A DNA stretch of 39,596 bases from Octopus sinensis (GCF_006345805.1 NW_021835521.1:1-39596); one strand, 5' to 3'. Shown: positions 26,945 through 38,881, numbered from the stretch's first letter. Notes: generated from the letters alone by a model not told the origin. Numbers and translations: made by a program.

Positions 26945-27430
26945 GACGGACGTGTTGTCACCTCGGCTACGAAGGTAATCGTTTATTTTTACTATTTATA
27001 GCCCATATTTTGTGTACATTTTTGTAAATAAGGTGTGTAAGGCACCCAACTTTCGTTTGAGTGCTTTTCCAAGGGAGGAATTCGCCCCTAGGGGCAGTTT
27101 CAACCCTATTTAATTTGTGTATTTTTCTTCTCGAGATTAAAAAATGTCGAGAAATGTTATTGTAGAACGCTGGTCGCGTTCCTTTATGGACCAGCATTTT
27201 CCTAGTCTGGAAACGCTAGGAAAAAAAAGAACTTATGCACGCACACACATTCGACAAAGACAAACCTGAGTGACGTGGTAGTGAACGCTGCAACCACTCG
27301 GTACGGTAACCCGCCCACCATCCCCACCCCACCACCACCACACCACCAACCACCACCACCACCACCACCACTAACAACAACAACAACAACGAGACTATAC
27401 TGCTACCACCACCACCACCACCACCACCAC

Positions 27431-28973
27431 GACCAACATAAATGATAAAAATGAAACTCACGCGAATACTATTAACAAAAACAACAACAACAAGAAGAAC
27501 AACAATAAAAATGAAATAAATATCTTAATATCTAATAGTGAAGACGTTAATATAAAAGAATCAACAATACCAGTAAATTTCGAAGAAATAGTAAAATTTA
27601 CGAATGAAGAGTTAATAGAAACGAGAGCACTCTTTACAACCCAAGGGCAATTTTAGTGCTGCATACACCTCAACACATAAAGGAACGAATAGAAAATAAG
27701 ACAATTATATATAATTATAAGAAAAACAAAAAACAAAAGAACAGATTACAAAAACCGGACATAGAAAAGTGTTTAAAAAACATAATGAAAAAAAGAAATA
27801 TAAACTGGGGTCCCCAGTTTAATACAGTAGTGGTCCCTTCCATAACCAGGAAGTGGCAAAAGCTCACTCTACGGAGTCTTTGCAAAATGATGAAATCAGC
27901 AAGGTACCATATTACAAAGGCCAGAGAGTGAGTAGAATTAGCATTAAAAATGTACCCCCGAGATACCTAACAAATGGATAATAGGGGCAATCTGTTACCA
28001 TTTGAAAACTATAAATATTCTAGAGACTGCCGTATACAAAAACGACAATTGGGGTGGAAAAACAATAGAAATAAGCATCCAGATTGATGGGTCCTCTATC
28101 AAGAACCTACCTGATAGGATCCACTTAGAAAATGGGCAAAGCCTATATGTTGTAGCAGAAGGTAAAAAGCCTAGATGCTACAACTGTGGCAGCCCAGAAC
28201 ATTTAATTGCCAAGTGCGCTCTGGCACAGAAAAAACAAGAAAGAACAAATCAGAAAACAAATAAAAAACCCTTGTTGCCAACACCAACACCAACACACTC
28301 AATTATGGAACAATGCCAAGAAAAACAACAAACCAGCAAACAAACCCCAACAACATCACCAAGAAAAGAAACAGTACCAACACAATCACCGTTGACGTCG
28401 CAACCAATTCAACATGCTGAACCAACAAAAAATAGACCAATACCAACACCGAGGACGACAATTAAAAAGACAGAAAACAGTGACGAGAAGACAAATTCTA
28501 CCCCTAACATCACAACAACACAAACACCGTACAAAACATCAACAATTTCTACAAGCATACATATTAACACAGGACGCGATGGCAGAATGCTCGAGGGACA
28601 AATCGCTGGGTTTGGATGGTCTACCCTACGAGCTTTACAGTTGTATGCCAGACTTGTTCGGAGACGTCTTGGCAGCGGTGTACTGCAACTGGCAGCAAAA
28701 CGGGAGCATTCCTGGTTTTGTGAGCCGAGGAGCCGTAACACTGCTGAAGAAAGATCTAAACAAGGGAAATGTAATAGATAACTTTAGGCCCATCACTCTG
28801 CTTAATGCAGACTTGAAAATTTTGGCCAAGGTGTTAGCCAAGAGGTTGGCGCTTGTCATCGAGAAACTGGTCGACAAGGCGCAAACGTGCACCGTGCCGG
28901 GCCGGACCATCCATGACAACCTCCACCTGATGCGCTACATCATAGACAGGGTAGTTAACGAATCTGGCATGGG

Positions 28974-28974
<1 letters not shown>
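27431..28974 (+). mobile_element. Internally deleted Tx1/L1-clade LINE: frameshifted ORF1 (RRM-like + CCHC) joined to the N-terminal RT part of ORF2
   Basis: ORF1 has RISIKNVPPEIPNKWIIGAI and the knuckle CYNCGSPEHLIAKC. From ~28570 the RT reads [23 protein letters not shown]...[23 protein letters not shown]...[18 protein letters not shown]. No APE endonuclease lies between them, and the RT stops before motif A at (CTAT)n 28975-29205. Confidence 0.85.
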
Positions 28975-29036
<62 letters not shown>

Positions 29037-29037
29037 G

Positions 29038-29119
<82 letters not shown>

Positions 29120-29131
29120 GTCTGTCTGTCC

Positions 29132-29206
<75 letters not shown>

Positions 29207-29309
29207 CGTCTGTCTGTCTGTTTATGTATGTATGTATATCTATATATATACATGTGTGTGTGTGTGTATGTATGTATGTATCTATGTGTGAGTGCACGTG
29301 TGTGTATGT

Positions 29310-29342
<33 letters not shown>

Positions 29343-29544
29343 CCTCTACGCATACAAGCGAATATGACTCTGTCAACATGGGCCATGCTGTTGCCGTTGT
29401 TTTAGTTGCCTGAACAATCGCCAGCGGACACGGGACACCCTTCCTTCCACCCACATCTCACACGTATCCTCCTACTTCTTGACCCAACATCCTGCATCGC
29501 AGATGTGACAGTAAGACGGTTGAGAGGACCGCACCAGTTCTTGG

Positions 29545-29675
29545 CTGTTACTCGTTTTCAGCTGAGCAGGACTGGAGAAATGTGAAACGAAACGACTTGC
29601 CCAAGGACTTAACGAGTAGCGCGATCCAGATATCGAACTCACACTCGTGACATTGTAACCACTAAGCCACTCTCC
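29545..29675 (-). mobile_element. Decayed tRNA-derived SINE with CORE-like segment
   Basis: Minus strand: ggagagTGGCTTAGTGGtt (A box), gtgAGTTCGATAtc (B box), then gtccttgggcaagtcgtttcgtttcacatttctccagtcc..cagctgaaaacgagta. Confidence 0.6.
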
Positions 29676-29811
29676 TATTAGATACTACAGAACACCACCA
29701 CCACCACCACCACCACCAACACCAACACCACGGTGTGGAACTAGGGAAATTTAGGCAGGTGCTAATCAGCATCTTTTTGTAGCAATTCTCCTTCAGTTCC
29801 CATCATGTTTA

Positions 29812-30215
29812 AGGTGGGCGGAGCTGGCAGAATCGTTAGCACGCCGGGCGAAATGCCTAACGGTATTTCGTCTGTCTTTGTGTTCTGAGTTCAAATTCCG
29901 CCGAGGTCGACTTTGCCTTTCATCCCTTCGGTGTCGATAAATTAAGTACCAGTTACGCACTGAGGTCGATGTAATCGACTTAATCTGTTTATCTGTCCTT
30001 GTTTGTCCCCTCTGTGTTTAGCCTCTTGTGTGTAGTAAAGAAATAGGTATTTCGTCTGTCTTCCGTTCTGAGTTCAAATTCCGCCGAGGTCGACTTTGCC
30101 TTTCATCCTTTCGAGGTCGATAAATTAAGTACTGGTTACGCACTGGGGCCGATCTAATCGACTAGCCCCTCCCCAAAAACTTTCGGGCTTTGTACCTAGA
30201 GTAGAAAACAAAAAA
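29812..30215 (+). mobile_element. Dimeric octopus tRNA-derived SINE with A-rich tail and target-site duplication
   Basis: A full monomer is followed by a headless monomer (second ggtatttcgtctgtc at ~30047). agttcccatcatg occurs at 29795-29807 and 30216-30228. Confidence 0.9.
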
Positions 30216-30609
30216 AGTTCCCATCATGGTTTGATCCTTTGCAATCTCTTTATTCATTGTTGAATCGAGCAAAGGTAAATTTTAATTTTTCCGTCGTGGC
30301 CCTGTACATATAATGTGTGTGTGCGAATGTATGTGTGTGTGTATGTGTGTGTGTGTGTGTGTGTGTATGTGTGTGTGTGTGTGCGTGTGTGTGAGCACGC
30401 GAGGGCGCGCATTCGCTTGTGCGCGTACGTGTGCTTGTATGTATGTATGGAGAGGGCGTGTGTGTGTTAGAGTGAGTGTGTGTGTGTAAATCCTGACAGA
30501 TTCTCAAATGTGTATCTGTTATTTTTTCCATTCTGTAAGCCCATTGGTCATTTCAGCTGAAAGACGTGGTCCAACAAACCAATCGCAAGTTCGCCCTACC
30601 GGAAGTAAA

Positions 30610-30870
30610 AACAAGTGTTATTCAAACATTCGGAACCTAAAACCATTCAATCTATTTGTTGAAACGGTTCCAACTGTGGTTTGAAGAAGTGTGCTGTAGC
30701 TATTTATAGCTGAGTGCAGCAAGCATATGTTGAATGCGTGGGTTTTGGCATCTTCGAGTAGGTGTGTGGAAGTGTGGTAGTTCAAGCCCTTGTACAAGCG
30801 TATTTCATGCTGATATGGCAGCATAGCGCCATGTTCGATGCAATGGAGATTGTATGGAGTCCTGTTGTTA
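30610..30870 (-). mobile_element. Decayed CR1-like LINE ORF2 C-terminus
   Basis: SIQSPLHR..AA.S ... LLHSAINSYSTLLQTTVGTVSTNRLNGF resembles CR1-clade QSL.HRR.VAAL ... SF...A...WN.LP..VV....L..FK. Confidence 0.5.
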
Positions 30871-31889
30871 CAGCAACCTGTTTCCTAGGATAGAAGCTGT
30901 TGTCGGTAAGAATTTTGGCAGCACCAATTCCATCAACCGATCCCAAGAGATTTCTTTTGGACTAAATCCAGTTGGTTGGTTGAATATACTCTGTGATACA
31001 ATATATACAATGCACAGGTGTCTATTTTGATTTAAAATATGTGCAGGTAAACTTTAACTACTTTGTAAGGAGAGACCCTTGTTTCTCTTGTCCAAAACGC
31101 CTCTATACAACTCCATTACAATCTGTGGAGAGATATAATCTCCATTCAGAAGGGACAAAATTCTATTCCGATCCAGAATATAAAGTTTTCCGTTGTTCTT
31201 TATATTTGTGTTTTGTAAGGGATTTCTTTTCTTTTTTTTTTCGTCCAATAGATTTTGCATGACGCTTCTAGAAACCTCTCTGCCCCCATAATGAACACTG
31301 TGGAGAAATATAATCTTTTAGATTAGACCAAATTCTATTCTGATTGAGAAAAAAGATTAACCCCATGGAGTTTAGATAAATATTTTGGACGTGATGTTTC
31401 CAAAAGCCTTTATGCAACTATGTTACATGTTGTTGAGACATAATCCCGATTAAGAAGAAACAAGGATATGTTCTAATTTAAAATACAAACTGACTTACTC
31501 TCTTTATTTTGTACGCACTATCCTTCATTCTCTTGTCTTTCTTCGGTATGGTGTGGAGTTTTCAAAAGTTCTCTGTAAATCAATTGCATACTTTGCAGAA
31601 ATACAGGGTAACCATAGATGACTGTTACAATTTGAAAAAAGAAAAAAAAGATAACTCAGCAGGTTGCGTTCAACCAATGAAGCCCTGGTGGAACTTTGTT
31701 TATCTGCCCGTTTTCTAATAAACTTTGTTGAATTATCCATATTTCTAATTTTTTCCCTTAATTTTCAAAGTGTAAAGGTTACTTATGTATCTATTAGAAT
31801 GAACGAAAGCCGAAGGAAACAATTTTTTTCCATTTTAAGCGTCGTGCACACAAAAGTACGTTCGAGAATTGACTTGAGAGGATGCCATG

Positions 31890-32420
31890 GAAATATTTTC
31901 ATTCGATTTTGTTTTAGTGTTCATCTATGGACACCCTGTAGCATCTGCATTCAGAATTGACAAGATTCTTTTCTGATTTAAAAATAAAGGACTGTACTCA
32001 GTGGTTCTTAGATTTGTGCTTGTGGACGTGGTGCCTCTTCTTTAACTTGTCCAATTTTGCTTTTACGGAGAATTATCCAAAGCCTCTACGCCACTCCATA
32101 CTATGGAGATATAATCTAAGTATATCATTTTGCTAGCTATGGTTACACCCTGAGTATCAAGCTGCGTTTCCATCGGCAGATTTTAATTAAAAAAAAAGCT
32201 GCAGATCAACTGCTGCTGGGTTAGTTTTCCTTGATAAGACTTTTGTTTTGCACTTCCATGACTCAAATGTCACCTCTCAGACATCTGACCAGGCTTTCAT
32301 CTTGATAAGGTTTCGCTTTCACCTGCTGATCTTCACAACAAACAGTGTTGGTGTCATCTGAGTAGAGGTACGGCTCAGGTTCACAGGCGTTGACGCAATC
32401 GTCGAAGGAAAACAGAGAAC
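31890..32420 (-). mobile_element. Decayed CR1-like LINE reverse-transcriptase fragment
   Basis: DDCVNACEPEPYLYSDDT (YADD-like motif) ... MKAWSDV*EVTFESWKCK...VLSRKTNP...QGVTIASK...TTEYSPL, with multiple stops and frameshifts. Confidence 0.6.
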
Positions 32421-32900
32421 ACACCCACGTACACGCATTGATATGGATACACAAACACACACAGACACACAGACACACTCACACGCAAACACACGCACAC
32501 ACACACCAGCATATATATTCACCATAAGGCATGCACAAGTGTATGTATGTATGTATATTTCTATATATATATAATATATATATCTATATATATATAATAA
32601 ATATATATATATTATATATATATATATATATATAATATAATATATATATATATATAGGCATATATATATATATATGCATATATATGTATATGTAATACAT
32701 ATACATGCATATATATACATACATATATATGTATATATACATATATATATAATATATATATAAATATATTATAAATATATAAAAAAATATTATTATAAAT
32801 ATATATTATAAATATATTATAAATATATGTATATATACATATATATTATAAATATATATATAAATATTATTAATATATTCACACATATTCATATATTTGG

Positions 32901-32947
<47 letters not shown>

Positions 32948-33000
32948 GATCGATCGATCGATCTATCTATCTGTCTGTCTGTCTGTCAATCATCTATTCG

Positions 33001-33041
<41 letters not shown>

Positions 33042-33542
33042 CCCATATACCTATGCGTGTATGTATGTTTGTACGTATGTAAGTATATATGTATGTATAT
33101 ATACACCCCACACACACACACGCGCGCAGCGATATATGATGCTCTGCTGAAGATAGTGTTACAGTTATTCAATACCCTTTACCAATCAGATCAGCTCTGT
33201 TACACCTTTTCCGCCAAGTCGTTCACACCTATATATCACTATACCATTACCTGACGTGTCAAACCGATAGGTGGAGACCGAGGTTGCCTTCATCACCGCT
33301 GCTATCAAATATATCACACTATTGACAATGATATACATACATACAATATATATAGATGTGTATACATATGTATACACACACACACACATCTAGTATATAC
33401 ACTGATATATACATGTGTGCATGTGTGTGTATATATATGTATATATATATACATTTACATACATATACATATAAATACACATATATATATATATACATAC
33501 ATATATATTATATATATATATTGTATATATATATGTGTGTGT

Positions 33543-33828
33543 GGAGGCGCAATGGCCCAGTGGTTAGGGCAGCGGACTCGCGGTTTAGATTCCTAGACCG
33601 AGCGTTGTGTGTGTTTATTGTGCGAAAACACCTAAAAGCTCCACCATGCTCCGGCAGGGGGTGGCGGTGCCATCTGTTGTACTCTTTTGCCACAACTTTC
33701 TCTCACTCTCTCTTCCTGTTTCTTGAGTAACGCTGCGATGGACTGGCGTTCCGACTAGCTGGGGTGAACACATACGCCACAGAAACTGGGAAACCCATGA
33801 GCCTGGCTAGGCTTGAAAAGAGCGACGT
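33543..33828 (+). mobile_element. tRNA-derived SINE (second octopus family)
   Basis: ggaggcgcaaTGGCCCAGTGGttagggcagcggactcgcgg (A box), a damaged B box (ggtttagattcc), a body with gctgcgatggactggcgttccgactag (resembles the V-SINE-type segment from memory), and an end at gcctggctaggcttgaaaag. Confidence 0.8.
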
Positions 33829-33876
33829 TTATCGTTTTATATATGTATATATATGTATATGTGTATATAGATATAT

Positions 33877-33920
<44 letters not shown>

Positions 33921-33974
33921 GTGTATATATATATATATAATTATATATATATAATATATATTATAGATATATAT

Positions 33975-34054
<80 letters not shown>

Positions 34055-34074
34055 AAACAGTCAAAATAGAAAAT

Positions 34075-34470
34075 GCTAAAATAATTTTATAAAGAACATT
34101 TCAGTACCGTTTTCGGTCATTTTGAGAACTTTCCAACTGTAACGATTAAATAATTAAATTTAGAAAAATTGAAAGAAAAGTTTTTTTAAAGGAATATTTG
34201 TATAGTGTTCAAATATAAGTGGCATTCTGCCTTTCTCTGTCTCCCTTGTTTGCACTTGTGTGTTCGAGGCCGTTGTGAATTCTTGGTAGGGTAGAAGAAG
34301 AAGAAGAAGAAGGTTGATGAGGAGAGGGGGTGGAAAAATTTGGGAGTGCCTTGATGGTCGTATTTTGAATGGTCAGTGGCGGCTAGCAGTTGCAGTTCAA
34401 TTCAGGAGAATATTTCTATTGAAAGGTTTGTTTATGGAATTTGCGTAGGTGTTTTACTAAAAAGCATTAG
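34075..34470 (-). mobile_element. Penelope-like element 3' end (end of GIY-YIG ORF and pLTR with hammerhead-like motif)
   Basis: Minus strand F..KYSPELN-like ORF end at ~34400-34450. HHR-like motif at 34099-34142: TTACAG TTGGAAA GTTC tcaaaat GACC GAAA ACGG TA CTGAAA. Confidence 0.6.
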
Positions 34471-34496
34471 TGATAAAGTTAAGAGGTAGAAGGTGG

Positions 34497-34775
34497 AGAA
34501 GAAGAAGAAGAAGAAGAAGAAGATGACGATGTTGATGATGATGATGAAGAAGAAGAAGAAGAAGAAGAAGAAGAAGAAGAGAAGGAGAAGAAGAAGATGA
34601 TGATGGTGATGATGATGACGACGATAATGATGATAATGATGATGATGATGAAGAAGAAGAAGAAGAAGAAGAAGAAGAAGAAGAAGAAGAAGAAGAAGAA
34701 GAAAAAGAAGAAGAAAAAGAAGAAGAATAGAAGAAGAAGAAGAAGAAGAAGAAGAAGAAGAAGAAGAGAAAAAAG
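34497..34775 (+). repeat. (GAA)n/(GAT)n microsatellite
   Basis: Direct reading. It explains the poly-K and poly-S ORFs. Confidence 0.95.
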
Positions 34776-34799
34776 AGAAGGGAGAATATGAATGGGTGA

Positions 34800-35420
34800 A
34801 AGTAGTGAGGTGTTGTATGACTTGAAGTTGGCACGTTATGGATTATAGCTGTGATTGGGGCTGATTTGTAATGGATTCTTTGGATGTAATATTTGTGTGT
34901 GTATTCTTTTATTCTAAAGTTGAGGTATATTAATCGTTTGTCGTAGACCCGTTAAGAAGTGGCCTTATTTTGTATAAAGAGAGTTTCTTTATTATTCGTT
35001 GTCTCTTGGTTGTATCGTCCTAAATTGGTAGAGGGGAAAATCCTGAAGCCTGGTGTTTTGTTGTTGGCGCAGTATCTATGTGTTGGCTGAAAGCTATTTT
35101 CTGTTTTGGGGATTTTTATCTGGGATCTGTGCAGGGCCATTCTTTTACGCAAACTATTTTTTGTTTGGCTTATGTACTGCTCTTGACACCCGGAGCAGGT
35201 TAGTGAGTATATTAGGTTCTCCGAAGCAAACGTGAAGTTGCTTTTCACTGTAAACCGTTGTCCCTGTTTGAAGGAGAACTCTGATCCCTCAATTAGATAA
35301 TCGCATATCCCGCAATTGGGTATTCCACATTTTTTTACTGTCGACTTCTGTGTTGAAGAGTGTATTCGGGCTTGTGTTAGGAGACTTTTCATAGATTTAG
35401 GGTGTCTCTTGCTTTTTATG
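34800..35420 (-). mobile_element. Penelope-like element fragment encoding a GIY-YIG endonuclease (degenerate)
   Basis: ORF 34952..35392: KKCGIPNCGICDYLIEG...NFTFASENLIYSLTCSGCQEQYISQTKNSLRKRMALHRSQI...FRIFP...KETLFIQ. It shows the PLE zinc motif C..P.C..C, NLIY...YI(G>S) and R...H. Confidence 0.85.
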
Positions 35421-36841
35421 ATCGTGTGTGTTTGGAGGATATATATATATATATATATATATTTAAGTTAATTAGAGTATATATTAATCTCTTAAAAGGA
35501 TGATAACATCCAAGAAAACATGGTTCTATACCTTATGTCTTTGGGAAACAAAATTTCCCTAAATCAATAGGTATATAAGAACATAATCCGTATTAAATTA
35601 CGAGAAGAAAATGGGTAGTTCATGGTTAATATTTATTTATTGATAAATCGTTATTCCTTTCTTCCTACAGCTGTTTCCAATTGTACTCATTAAATAAATT
35701 ACAAATTTCTTACCCACCCAGCCATGTGCTTACTCATTTGTGTATTAAATCTTTTTTTCTTTTATTAAAACAATAAAACATGGTGTCTACTTTAATTTCG
35801 TTTTAACAAATCTACGGTGTTTACAGACGCACAATTCCGTTTTTTTAAACCGTTAAATCGAGGGTTTATTGTATTGATAAGATACAGGATGGATTACTGG
35901 TGGACGTAATCCAGTCCTGGTTAAACTCCAGAAGACAGATTAACATTCACATGGATGCTTTTAGTGAAGTCCACTCCGCTTTTGCAAATCATTCGAACTA
36001 TGTCCTTGGATACCGCCCCACTCGTCCTTCTACAAATGTCAGAGACCTTGAAAGGGTCTGGGTGCTGTCTTAGGTTCCCTGTCTATATAAAATGAAGCTG
36101 AATTAGGGACGATGTAAAGATAATTACTAACAAGAACTAATGTTCCGTTGATATAGAATGTTAGTCACCATTGTTGCTAAGTAAACATTAATAAAACAAA
36201 TAGAATTTGTTGCCATAACGAGAGAGGAGGAGATAGAGTAGGAGAGAGAGGGAGATAGAGAGGGAGATAGAGAGGGAGACAGATAGGGAGGGGTTGGTTA
36301 TTGATTTTGAAGTACCTCAGTATATTGTTGATGTCGTTGTTGTTGCTACGGCTCTTCTCCCTTCAGTTTTTCGATACAGGGCAGCATCTTATAGCTGGGC
36401 TTGATTTTCTTTCAGCGAGAAGCTGTATAGCTCTCCATGGGGACTATACAACACCTCTGATTTCTTCTGAAGGAATTTCTGCAACGAAGGTCCAAATTAG
36501 AGCCCATATTACAAAGTTTCAGATATGGATGTCCCAGACTTTGATGCCACATACCTGTCTGTCACCATCTGTGATGTAGATTAGCCATGATTTATTTGTT
36601 GTAGGTACAACAGAATTCCTGCAAAATTCTTTCAAAGTTTAAAGTCTGACATTGACTGAACAATAAGACAGCAACGATAATTAGAGAAATAACCACTCAG
36701 TATATGGATTAATGGTATTTATAGAGTGTTAAACACTTTCGGTATGCAAATTAGGGACTCCTTCTTGAAGTAACTGTTTCATTCGTTGAGTATATAAACA
36801 ATTTGGCTGATTGCTTCTCTGCAGATTGTCAAATGATGTGG

Positions 36842-36889
36842 ACACCTCTGATGAGAACCTAATAAAGTTCGAAAATCGATTAAGGTTGT
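36842..36889 (+). ncRNA. Intact minimal type I hammerhead ribozyme
   Basis: acACCT CTGATGA GAAC ctaataaa GTTC GAAA ATCGAT TA AGGT(t)gt. All core nucleotides are canonical, stem II has 4 bp, stem III is the palindrome AATCGATT, the triplet is UUA and cleavage is predicted after 36882. Confidence 0.85.
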
Positions 36890-37339
36890 TCATCACTTTT
36901 TTTCAGTCTGAGGAGAAATGGGTAAAATTTTCCCGGTTTGTAATTATACCATATGTTACTCATAGGTAACCATAATGAATGCAGCATAGTCGGTTGCTTC
37001 ACCATTTGGCAATTTCCCTGGCATCCATACATCATATACTGCACTTATTCCCACTTTTTTTCGATCACCAAAGTAACTTGGAACTTACCGAAAATGTATG
37101 AAACAAAGGATTAACTAAAAATCTGCAAACAAGCATGGACGTTTAGGATGAACTTATGAAAAAGTTTTGGACCGGCAAAGGGTTGAGAATCGAACTACGA
37201 GTTTCCGGAGTCTTTGCCCGGTATCTTTTGCTATAGCTTCGGTTTATTTCATGCGTTGTGAGTAAAATAGGCCTGACAGAAACCGTAGGGGAACACTTCG
37301 GTTGGGTTGTACTTGAAATTCAATAGCGCAGACTATCAC

Positions 37340-37487
37340 ACATTCTATCAGACTGATTCTGCTGAAGGTTTACGTTAAGGCTACACCTGTCTGTGGAATA
37401 CCCAACCACTTGGACATTGATTCAATGAGCTTGGTATTTCAGTTGATAGAATAACTGTATACGCATCGTCGAAGTTGACGGGGATCC
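37340..37487 (+). mobile_element. Decayed SINE 3' half
   Basis: tacgttaaggctacacctgtctgtggaatacccaaccacttggacattgattcaatgagc...gttgatagaataactg resembles an octopus SINE tail recalled from memory. Confidence 0.45.
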
Positions 37488-37741
37488 TTTATATATATAT
37501 ATATAATCATGTAGTTGTTTAGCTACAGGTCAACATTGATTAAGGAGTCCTATGATCGATGTTCCAATAATATTATAATGCTTTAGTTAAGTTAGTGCTT
37601 AGATATCTAATAGAGGAAACATTGAATAATTAACTAGATATACGGTGATACACATATATTGATAAATAGATAAACAGATGGGTAGATAAACAGACAGCTA
37701 GATAGAAAGATAGACAGACAGACAAATAGATAGGTAGATGA

Positions 37742-37829
<88 letters not shown>

Positions 37830-38231
37830 GGTTTAAGTAAATGAGTGTAATCAAATTTAATACAGAATTAATATTAAATAGGCAGTAAAACATACTTGCA
37901 GTGAAGAGAAAACAATCTTAGAGTAAACACTTCCGGACAGAGTTCAGCCTTATTCAGACTCATTAGCGATGCATTACCTACACCATATTTGTTAAAACAG
38001 TGATGGAAAAATTACCCTAGGCGTGATATAGAACCGGTTTATAACATCAAAAATATAGCAGAAATCTAAGTTTTGTAAAGTTGATAAGCGGTGTAATCGA
38101 TATGGAACTCTGGGAGTGTTACAGAACTTTAAAACCGTTTGATATTAACTGGGACTAACTTCATAAAATTCTTGGAATTTCGTATACAAATTCTTCGTAT
38201 TTTAAACAACAGATGGTTTCTCAATTAGGTG

Positions 38232-38334
38232 CAAAACCAATTTTTGGTATGTAAACAATTATTGGTATATAAACAATTTTTGATATGTAAACAATTTGAG
38301 CAAAATGTAAACAATTTTTGGTATGTAAACAATT
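38232..38334 (+). repeat. 18-bp minisatellite, about 5.5 units (aaacaatttttggtatgt)
   Basis: Units recur at periods 18, 18, 20, 18. Confidence 0.9.
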
Positions 38335-38339
38335 CAGAA

Positions 38340-38720
38340 GCAGCGAATAAATTAGGGTGCCGTGTAGAATGTCCCTTTCTCTTTGTTCTGAGTTCAAATC
38401 TTACCGAGGTTAATTAACTGTGCCTTTCATTATTTCGGAGTCAAGACAAAAACTTATCTGATGGGCGCAACAGTTGGAAAGTTTGACAGAGTACCTTGTG
38501 GTTTCGTTCTGGCATTCTGCGCTCTGGCTTCAAATCCCACCATAAACTATTATACCTTTCACCTGTTCGGGGGGGGGGGGGGTAAATTACAAAAAAAAAA
38601 AAAAATTCAGGGCAGTGGATCAGCAGAATTGGTAGAGCAGCGAATGGTATGTCTATTCCGGGTTTCTAAGTTCCGAGTTCAAATCCTGCCTTGTCACCGT
38701 TCAAATGGTGACACATTTCT
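38340..38720 (+). mobile_element. Three decayed SINE head/core remnants
   Basis: B-box-like gagttcaaatc, ggcttcaaatcc and gagttcaaatcc, each of the first two followed by gcctttcat/acctttcac core remnants related to the 29812 SINE. Confidence 0.5.
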
Positions 38721-38844
38721 CAGAGGTAGCAGACAACAGGTAGTTTTTACAATAAAAAAAAAGGACGTCGTTTCTTTGTTTCGATTCGGAAAATCGACTG
38801 GCACCGACGGATTTGACGAAAAGAAAATCTGTGGAAGCTGGTCA

Positions 38845-38881
<37 letters not shown>

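Noticed and set aside
33250-33300. TGATGAAGG...GACACGTCAGG on the minus strand, like a pLTR hammerhead
   Set aside because: C3, GAAA and stem I are all broken; too decayed to claim.
33543-33600. tRNA-like sequence
   Set aside because: It is a SINE head with a deleted anticodon/variable region and cannot form a cloverleaf; not a tRNA gene.
36300-36580. GHPYLKL...NLDLR on the minus strand, like a CR1 3' end
   Set aside because: Similarity is too weak and fragmentary.
38232-38334. Regularly spaced repeats as a possible CRISPR array
   Set aside because: Units are contiguous with no unique spacers, there are no cas genes, and the context is eukaryotic.
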